The translations under genes and the position numbers were made by a program. A stretch of 64,000 nucleotides of DNA, from NCBI RefSeq assembly GCF_000143415.4, contig NW_003314339.1, positions 303,751 through 367,750 of the forward strand, read 5' to 3'. The notes under the pieces are model-generated. The model was given only the letters and a program-made list of their open reading frames with translations, searched no databases and had not been told where the DNA came from. Position 1 is the first letter of the stretch; every line of letters starts with the position of its first letter. The DNA is from Selaginella moellendorffii (Eukaryota > Plantae > Lycopodiophyta). Positions 56,184-64,000 of the stretch are shown here, one piece after another.

Positions 56184-58673
56184 ATGTTTTCTCATGGATT
56201 GAGCCACAATCTCAAATTGCAACCTTTGGATGCTCGCTTCAGCCAACAGAGCGACGATTCTAAGCTTGAAGGTCGAGAGGCTCTCAGAATCTACCACAAA
56301 ATACGAGAAGATGGTGACAATGCGAGCGTGTCCCTCGTCATTGACGCTCTGAGGGAATGCGGCAGACTGAAGGACCTTAAGACCGGCAGGAGGCTTCACA
56401 GGGAATGCGGAGGCAGCATCAACATCTTCGTGGCAAACACCTTGGTGGACATGTACGCGAAATGTGGCAGCGTAGTAGAGGCATGCCAGGTCTTCGACAA
56501 GATGGAAGAGCGCAATACAGTGTCGTGGAACACGGTTATCATGCGGGTTGCTCAGAGTGGAGACGGTGAACTGGCTCTCAGCTTGTTCTCCCGCATGCAA
56601 GACGAGGGATTCAAGCCAGATTCTCGGACGTTCGTTGCTGCCTTGAAGGCTTGCAGCCGTCTGGCATCCGGAGATGTGGCACAGGAAAAGGTTCAGTGTT
56701 TGGAACGAGGCCGAGTCATTCACAGACAAGCTGCAAAGAGAGGCCACGACCAGGACATTTTCGTAGCAAACACGTTGGTGGACATGTATGCGAAGTGTGG
56801 AAGCATGGAGGAGTCACAGCAGGTTTTTAACAGGATGAAGAACCGGACAGTGGTGTCCTGGAATGCAGTCATAATGGGGTTTTCTCAGAATGGAGAGCCG
56901 GAGCTGGCAGTGGAATACTTTCGGCGTATGCAAGAGGCAGGCTTTGTTGCAGACGCCTTGACTTTCGTGGCTGTTCTCACGGCTTGCAGCGGCCTTTCCG
57001 ACAAGGAAGAGGGCCTTAGTGTGGAGGGGAAGCTTGTCAAGCCGGTCTCTTTGAAGATGGCAGTAGCTCTACACACTGAAGCTGCTAAAGGTGGACATCA
57101 CACCAACATGTTCGTCGCGAATACGCTGGTCGATCTGTATGCCAGGTGTGGGAGGCTGATGGAAGCTCGCCGGGTGTTTGATCAGATGCAGCGTCACGAT
57201 GTTACGTCGTGGAACGTAGTGATACTTAGACATGGCGAGAGCGGGGAAGAAAAGCTTGCGTTGCAGCTATTCACACGCATGCTGGAAGAAGGCAATGTCC
57301 CGGACGCTCGAACTTACGTTGCTGCGCTCAAGGCTTGCTCGGGCCTTGCATCTAGAGAAGACGGGGCTGCACAGGAAAGAATGACGGCTTTGGAGAAAGG
57401 CATGGCTATCCACGCTCTGGCGTTCCAGAATGGTTACAACTCCGACATCTTTGTGGCGAACACTTTGATGGATATGTACTCCAATTGCGGGAGTGTCCAG
57501 GATGCTAGCCAGGTTTTTGAGGGAATGAAGCGAAGGAACGTTGTCTCATGGAACGTAGTGCTGACGGCGTATGCTCAGGGTGGACAGTGCGAGCTAGCGT
57601 TACAGACACTGACACGCATGATTGATGAAGGCTTCGAACCGGACAGTCGGACTTGCGTCGCTGCAATCAACGCTTGCACTGGTCTGGAAGCGACAGAGCA
57701 GGGCAGGCTCGTGGACGGGAAGCTCGTAAAACTGAAATGCCTGGAGAAAGGCATGGCCATCCACGCTCGGGTCGCGGAAAAAGGCTACGACCGGAAGGAA
57801 AACTTCGTAGGCAACGCTCTGGTGGACATGTATGCCAAGTTTGGGAGCATGGAAGACGCAGCGGGGGTCTTTACGAGAATGCAGCACCGCACCGTGATCT
57901 CGTGGAACTCGATCATCACCGGGTACGCTCAGACGGGAGAGCCCGAGCTGGCCTTGCTTGCATTCTCGCGGATGCTGGAAGCCGGCGATCACTACAGGCC
58001 GAGCTCACTCAGCTACGTAGCAGCGCTCAAAGCCTGTGGAACGTGGGGCCGCTTGAGAGTCACAAAAGAACTCCACGCCAGGATTTGTAGCGCAGGACTG
58101 GAAAGTGATGCGTTTGTGGTAACGTCGCTGGTGGATGCCTATGGGAAATGCGGAAGCATGGTGGATGCGCAGCAACTTTTTGATGCCTCGGCAGATGGAA
58201 ACTCGAAAGAGCTCGTGACATGGAACGCACTGCTTGTGGGATATTGCCAAGGGGGTGATACCATCCGAGCGTTTGCAACTTGGGAGGAGCTGAAAGATCG
58301 AGGAATGGTTCCAGACGCGATCACATTTCTGGCGCTTCTCTCTGCGTGCTCGCAAGCTGGAATCGTGGAGAAAGCGAGGGACTTGTTCGAGGCAATGGCC
58401 AAGGAGTATGGCATTGCTCCGGGTGTGGAGCACTACACTTGCATGCTGGATCTCCTAGGCCGGAGCAATCACCTGGAGGAGGCAATCGCCATGGCAAACA
58501 AGCTTCCCGTGAAGGCGGACGTGACACTGAGGACAATGCTGCTGGATGCATGTAGCAAGTGGAAGAATGTAGAGGCTGCTAGGACTGTTTTCGCGTCGCT
58601 GGTTGAAATGGACGAGAGGGATGGCATGCCTTACGTGTTGCTGGGTAACACTTTCGTTTGTTCGGACACTTAG
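56184..58673 (+). CDS. PLS-class PPR protein with elongated L motifs and truncated E extension (829 aa)
   Basis: Repeated IFVANTLVDMYAKCGS / VSWN / PDSRTFVAALKAC triplets, then HYTCMLDLLGRS and terminal MPYVLLGN. Confidence 0.93.
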   Translation: MFSHGLSHNLKLQPLDARFSQQSDDSKLEGREALRIYHKIREDGDNASVSLVIDALRECGRLKDLKTGRRLHRECGGSINIFVANTLVDMYAKCGSVVEACQVFDKMEERNTVSWNTVIMRVAQSGDGELALSLFSRMQDEGFKPDSRTFVAALKACSRLASGDVAQEKVQCLERGRVIHRQAAKRGHDQDIFVANTLVDMYAKCGSMEESQQVFNRMKNRTVVSWNAVIMGFSQNGEPELAVEYFRRMQEAGFVADALTFVAVLTACSGLSDKEEGLSVEGKLVKPVSLKMAVALHTEAAKGGHHTNMFVANTLVDLYARCGRLMEARRVFDQMQRHDVTSWNVVILRHGESGEEKLALQLFTRMLEEGNVPDARTYVAALKACSGLASREDGAAQERMTALEKGMAIHALAFQNGYNSDIFVANTLMDMYSNCGSVQDASQVFEGMKRRNVVSWNVVLTAYAQGGQCELALQTLTRMIDEGFEPDSRTCVAAINACTGLEATEQGRLVDGKLVKLKCLEKGMAIHARVAEKGYDRKENFVGNALVDMYAKFGSMEDAAGVFTRMQHRTVISWNSIITGYAQTGEPELALLAFSRMLEAGDHYRPSSLSYVAALKACGTWGRLRVTKELHARICSAGLESDAFVVTSLVDAYGKCGSMVDAQQLFDASADGNSKELVTWNALLVGYCQGGDTIRAFATWEELKDRGMVPDAITFLALLSACSQAGIVEKARDLFEAMAKEYGIAPGVEHYTCMLDLLGRSNHLEEAIAMANKLPVKADVTLRTMLLDACSKWKNVEAARTVFASLVEMDERDGMPYVLLGNTFVCSDT

Positions 58674-58699
58674 TTAATCGGAATTATTATGTTAAAGAC

Positions 58700-58772
58700 G
58701 ACCTCATGGCCCAATGGATAAGGCGCTGGTCTACGGAACCAGAGATTCTGGGTTCGATCCCCAGTGAGGTCG
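58700..58772 (+). tRNA. tRNA-Arg(ACG)
   Basis: 73-nt cloverleaf GACCTCA..TGAGGTC-G with anticodon loop CTACGGA, A box TGGCCCAATGG and B box GGTTCGATCC. Oligo-T terminator about 25 nt downstream. Confidence 0.95.
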
Positions 58773-58779
58773 TTGAAGT

Positions 58780-58965
58780 CGTGATTGACCACTGAGTTTT
58801 TTCGATTCAAAGGGCCAAGACATGATTTTGCTGAATGGCCAAGACACGATCTTGCAGCAAGGGTCTCGAAGGAACAGTGGCATTCTTCGAGTAGCTGTGT
58901 GTTTGACCACTAAGTTTTTTCGATGCAAATAGCCAAGACACTCGAAAGAACAGTGGCAGGTCTCT
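58780..58965. repeat. Imperfect tandem duplication (about 120-bp period) with a nested gccaagaca repeat
   Basis: ttgaccact(g/a)agttttttcgat..gccaagaca..ctcgaa(g/a)gaacagtggca occurs at about 58785 and about 58903. Confidence 0.7.
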
Positions 58966-59029
58966 TACACCATGAACAATGCGCATGTCTAGACCGGCAA
59001 ATCCACAACGCCAGGGATATCTCACTACG

Positions 59030-59900
59030 ATGCTACAGTGAAGCATCGTTGCTTGGATTGCCTTGCTGGGAGCTTTCTCGGAGATGGGGCTTTCGAAGGA
59101 ATCGGGGGAGGTTTCTGAAAAAATGGCTCGACACAGCTCTATCTGCATATGTTCACAGGGAAATCTCGAACAATGCCTGCGCTTGCCGGAGCTCGATGTG
59201 GGAGCATAGAACTCGATGCTCGTGGCCCTTGCCGCGCACTGAGAATCCAGAGACGCGATTGAGCTCTTTGGAGTGATCAAATCGAAGGAACGATCCCCGA
59301 TGAAGTAAGTTTCATGGAGCGCTAGCAGCTTGCTCGCCCAAGGATGGAGTTCCTTCCTTTCCATTACCGATGCTTCCGACGAGCATGATCGACATGCTGG
59401 AAAAATCGGGACGAGCGAACGTCTCGACACGATGCCGTTTGCCGTTGCTTGGGGATGCAACGGCACCTGAGATCAAAATCGCACCACCATCTAGCAGTTA
59501 CCGCTGCTCGAGCTGTTCTTGGGCTCTCTCCATCAGCTGATCGCTACGTCGCGATCTATAACTTTGTCCAGTCTTGTCGATCATCTCGTCACATGACTAC
59601 GGGACGTTGCTGGAAAGTAGAGCACACGGTGCTGTCGAGGGGAACCCACGGAACGTCCTGTCATTCTGGGCAGTAGATTCGTCCAGGACATGAGATCCTT
59701 GGCCGGCGTTTTTGCGCAAGGTCGATTTCATTTGCCCCTGGTGCGCGAGTGCCATTATAATCGAGTTCCATGGCGCTCTGAGTCGCAATCAAACATAGAC
59801 TCTCACTCTCGGATGCGGGATGCCGCCACATACGCGGTTATCATCGCTTTCCAGGAGACGATCACGGAACTCCTTGTTCCTGGAAATCTCAAGATGCCCG
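59030..59900. pseudogene. PPR debris on both strands
   Basis: SIVAWIALLGAFSEMG on +; PWNSIIMALAHQG and SVIVSWKAMITAYVA on -. No long frame. Confidence 0.6.
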
Positions 59901-59942
59901 GACTGGGCATACAGTGTACTGAGTGAGTGCCAACCGACCACG

Positions 59943-60570
59943 TCAATCCAAGATCTTGTTTGCCTGGCTGAGATTGGAGCTCCTCACCTCCACGTCCCAG
60001 TTGATCATGCGGAAAACCTCCTCTTTGCTGTCCATCTCCTCCAGACCCAGCCACCGGTACGACTGTGGCAAAACTTGAGAGATCTCGCACACAATCTCGT
60101 CAGCTTGAGCTCGAGGGAGGTGACGATCAATGTAGAGCTCTTCCTCTTCTTGCGTGATCAGGTCCTGGCAATCTTGCTCCTTGTCGATGGAGACGACGTT
60201 TGAATCGTTCATGTCCAGATGGTAGCTAAAGGCGAGCATGAATTCGTGGCACAAAAGCAAGTCCACGTCGATCCTACCTCTGCAAATCTCGGACAGCTTC
60301 GACATCCAAGTCGGCTCCCTTTCGTCCTTGGGCGGCTGGATGCCTTGGATGATCGCCGCATTTTGCCGCGTCTTGGCGTCCGGAAGGGATGTGTCAGGGA
60401 GCGAAGCAATTGCGTCAGAATAGATGCAGCTGAGCTCCTGGACCAGCTCGTCCCAAGTCCGGCACGACAGGCTCGTTGTGTAATTGAGAGAGAGGGGATG
60501 GAAAACGTCGCCTTTGTCTGGGTGCAACCGGATGGAGAGCTCCGAGGGATTCAAGCCACCCAAACATCGA
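59943..60570 (-). CDS. Exon-like ORF of unknown function (probably a gene fragment), partly duplicated at 63561-63821
   Basis: Stop-free frame of over 200 aa with GC-rich coding-like composition. The frame is preserved in both copies. Confidence 0.35.
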
Positions 60571-61734
60571 GAGATGGCACTAAACACTAATTGCTTCTTA
60601 ACGTATATCATACCTTCACCATAACGGCGCAAGCTCTCGCTCATTTCTAAGAAAATGGATACAAGAGTTGAGGTGCTTTTCATAAGAAGTATTCATAAGC
60701 TTCCTGCACAAGAGCATTTACATTTATAAACAAAGAGGAGCTTGAAGCCCACCGATACTCCTGAAAAGTCCGAACTTATTCATGAGACATATGCAAAGTG
60801 GGTTTTATAAGATTTCTGTTGTTTTGCATGTCTAGAAAAATTTGCTGCAGTCAAGCTCAAGAAAGAAACCATTCTCTTCTCGATGGAATGAAACTCTCAC
60901 TTGCTCCATGCTCTGGCGAGGCCATGGCAAACAAAACGGCTTGGATGGACTCTACATCTCAATCTGAGCAAGTAGCTGATGCAGAAGCTAGTTTTGAGAA
61001 ACAAAGTATAAGTATGCTGCAACAAGAACCAGCAACATCTGTTTAAGATATTGTTCTGGAAGATGGCTTGTCTGAGCCCGAGTTTGATTTGATCCAGGCA
61101 CCATGGCCCCAGGAATCTATTCTTCACTTGGTTGTCCAAGCTGGAGGTCCATAGGTTTGGATCCTTTCAAATCCTCGGGGCGTGAGACTCTGGAGCCCCA
61201 AGTTTTGATGCCTTTTCTTGGCAATAATATAATATATTGCTCTGAAACCGTGAAAGCTTACTCACCTGCAAAAAAAACTCCAGGGTTGCACCAGACATCC
61301 AATAAACCAGGGAAGCTCTCGAGGAAAATCCTAGATTCAACATAAACAAGTCACACCTCATGGAATTGGTGGTGATCTTGGTGTAACTAGCTAGTTAAGC
61401 TTGTCCTCAAACACATGGTTTTGGCATTTGTCTTTCACACTATTGTCCAACCTTGTGAGAGCCTTGACCGAGCTTAAACTCAATCAGCTGAGAGCAAGCT
61501 GTCTCAAAAGTTTCCAAAGAGCAGAAGGCATAACACAAAGGTCACAAACTCGTCTCATCACAAGTTGCATGTGGTCACTCCACGCCTTGGATGTTGATGA
61601 ACTACAGGCCTCCATTTATCTTGGAAAATACATCTATGAGGAATGAAGCAATCTGGACAATAGTATAAGCAAACTGAGCACGAGAAGAACCATACATACC
61701 GTGGAAAAGCATGAGTTCTACACTCAAAACGACA

Positions 61735-61905
61735 CACACATGGCACGGGCAATGTTCGATCAAATGCCCGAGTGCCACAACATTGTCGCATGGACTGCTA
61801 GGCCTACGCTCTCACTGGGAATTTCTTCCACGCTTTAATTTGATCCTCTACCAGGAGATGGTCTTGGAAGGAATGGCTCCCAACTAGATCACATTCACTT
61901 CCGAA
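61735..61905 (+). pseudogene. PPR fragment
   Basis: ARAMFDQMPECHNIVAWTA, AYALTG and LYQEMVLEGMAPN*ITFT across frameshifts. Confidence 0.6.
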
Positions 61906-62419
61906 ATCAGAAAAGTTCTTTGTCAGGATGTACCATCTAGTAGGATGAAACTGGCCTCAAGAATGCTAGAGCATAAGTTATAACATGTAGCTACGTTGGG
62001 CTCCTCGCCAAATGATGAACCTATGCAGAGACTTGCCCGATTGTGGAGCACTAGTACACGCAAGGTGGATTGTTAACATTGAGGATGTCATTGTCGTGTG
62101 CTAAAGTGGCCTGAAGAACGCCACCGTGATTGGATTCCTTGTGATTCCATCACTCTTTTAGCTAATAGAGCTTCTAATTACAATCTTTTACAAGGAACCC
62201 ACCTAAGCTCGGTTACAATCTTTTAAAATGAACCCAGGACTAAGCTCAAAAATGAAGATTAGGCCATTGTTGGAATGTCCATTTTAAGGAGTTGTGCTCT
62301 TATTGGATAGCTCATTGTAACGCTTGAGCTAAATGCTTTTCAATTAAAACGTACAATAATATGCTTTGCCTCCTGGGGAACATGCAGTCTATGTTAGGAG
62401 ATCTCCAGGCATGGTGGAT

Positions 62420-62760
62420 CAATGTTCCATCTGGAACGGATGAAATTTCTTGCTCAAGGTGCTCGTCTGACCACATTCCACAGCAATATTCTGAAGCTGT
62501 ACGTGAAGGAGATATTCGATGGGTTGTACAAAGAGATCAGGAAGATCCTGGTGCCGTTCATGTGGATGTTGTGCTGCCATTTGAATGGAAATTCGGGGGT
62601 TGGTAAATCTGCATTCGTCTGGTACTTCTGGTCATGATCTACGAGTCCAGAGCGACTGTTTTGAGGGTAACAAGCTCAGGGTGGTGAATAGAGAAGACTT
62701 CCCTCAGGAGATTGTGCTGGACAGCAAAGTAGATACCATCTCATCGATCAGTGAGTGGAC
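62420..62760 (+). pseudogene. Crinkler/RHS-type (CR) P-loop NTPase remnant
   Basis: KLYVKEIFDGLYKEI..LNGNSGVGKSAFVWYF resembles the L[FY]VRxxY..GxPGxGK[ST]xFxxY signature. A frameshift or stop follows Walker A. Confidence 0.5.
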
Positions 62761-63004
62761 TTGGGGCGGACGTGGGAAAAGCACGAGTACGATGCTCTTG
62801 TGTCTTCTTGGAGGAAACGCGTGACAGACTACGAGAGTGGATCGGAAGAAGCCAAAGAGATAATGCAGAGAGTGAATGCTGCTGAAATGGCGTTTGAATG
62901 GTTTGGAGGTTAGAAGCAAACGGTCTGACTGTGGAAGCTTTCGAAAGGGATTGAAGCACCTGAGTATGGTTCTGACTCCTGATTTTGTCCTTCAAGCGTT
63001 TTGA

Positions 63005-63180
63005 GCGTTGGTGGTCCAGGAAACCAAGGTGCGCATCTTCATGCTCTCAAACATGCTCCTGGCGGCGCTCAAGTTGAAACTTGCGTGAGAGCTATCCAGC
63101 AGACAATGGTCTTGCGCAGGATCTCGTGAACGGCCTTGTCAAAATGCCCATTCTCGCAAATGCGAGGATCCACGGTACTG
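63005..63180 (-). pseudogene. PPR fragment
   Basis: ENGHFDKA, KTIVCWIAL and LSAARSMFESMKMRTLVSWT in shifted frames. Confidence 0.55.
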
Positions 63181-63560
63181 GATTCGACCGAAGCTGTTCT
63201 TCGTGAGGGCAACGACGCCTTGGATGGTCCTAATTCGTTGTAATTCTTAGGATACTACTTTATCCATCACGAATAGCATCAATACAGTAATCACTTCGAA
63301 GCTTTTAAAATAGGATCTACATATTTTGTCTTGGTAATGGGAGATTTCACTTCCTGAACATTGTCGCTTCTATATATCAGGTGAAGCAAGATCTAACGTC
63401 CACATCTTGATTGATTTCATTTGCTGTTAAATCCATCCATTTTTTGAATTTTTTTTGTGTGTGGCTATCCGGCACCAGGAATCGTCTAAAATCCATGGTG
63501 AGGCTCTTTGGGTATCGAGGTTTCTTCATTTGAATCCTTGGAATCTTTCGGTTTTCGGTT

Positions 63561-63821
63561 TTCGACATCCAAGCCGCCTCCCTTTCGTCCTTGGGCGGCT
63601 GGATGCCTTGGATGATCGCTGCATTTTGCCGCGTCTTGGCGTCCGGAAGGGATGCGTCAGGGAGAGAAGCAATTGCGTCAGAATAGATGCAGCTGAGCTC
63701 CTGGACCAGCTCGTCCCAAGTCCGGCACGACAGGCCCGTTGTGTAGTTGAGAGAGAGGGGATGGAAAACGTCGCCTTTGTCTGGGTGCAACCGGATGGAG
63801 AGCTCCGAGGGATTCAAGCCA
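63561..63821 (-). repeat. Direct repeat of about 260 bp copying 60298-60558
   Basis: Near-identical sequence encoding LNPSELSIRLHPDKGDVFHPLSLNYTT..WMSK in both places, with different flanks. Confidence 0.9.
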
Positions 63822-64000
63822 GAGAGATGGCAGCTTTCCGCTGCACAGAGGAAGACGAATACCCGAGTCTCTCCCACCTAGCCGCACTAAAATCTAACGG
63901 TTTGGATGGTATATTCTAAGATATCCTTTAATCCAACGGCTGTGATGTATCGCTCTTAACCTTTTATTTGTTGTAGTTACCACTAATATAAACTGCGTTT

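Noticed and set aside
58773-58830. Possible dicistronic tRNA-snoRNA (gtgatt..ctga) after tRNA-Arg
   Set aside because: The box C/D-like words are only about 10 nt apart, an oligo-T terminator follows immediately, and the sequence belongs to a local tandem repeat.
1-64000. CRISPR arrays, prokaryotic operons, rRNA genes
   Set aside because: No repeat-spacer arrays or rRNA-like sequence. Spliceosomal introns show this is eukaryotic nuclear DNA.

Overview
Eukaryotic land-plant nuclear DNA. Very short GT-AG introns (about 45-90 bp), intergenic gaps often under 100 bp and many PLS/E-class PPR genes suggest a compact lycophyte genome such as Selaginella (inference, not proven). The window has three zones. 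(1) About 0.6-25 kb is a rearranged accessory zone. It holds one intact PPR gene, two apparently intact multi-exon orphan genes, LINE and Ty3/gypsy remnants, and scrambled, often inverted fragments of SLAC/SLAH, alanyl-tRNA synthetase, NADH-GOGAT (3 copies), PUR3, BAHD, PPR and tRNA-Phe genes. (2) About 25.6-58.8 kb is an extremely dense array of intact genes: SLAC/SLAH anion channel, LRR-RLK, PPR, PARN, a zinc-ribbon protein, NRAMP, RED/SMU2, an orphan tail-anchored protein, a COMM-domain-only protein, RAD21, PPR, ABCA1, PPR and tRNA-Arg(ACG). (3) About 58.8-64 kb is a second decayed zone with PPR debris, a duplicated unknown ORF and a Crinkler-like P-loop NTPase remnant. Best leads: the minimal COMMD protein, piecewise-inverted local gene shuffling, two spliced orphan genes, a 4-bp duplication that disconnects a putative PARN presequence, and four PPR proteins all ending at the same E-domain motif. 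Gene models were spliced by eye, family calls come from recalled motifs without database searches, and remnant boundaries are approximate.
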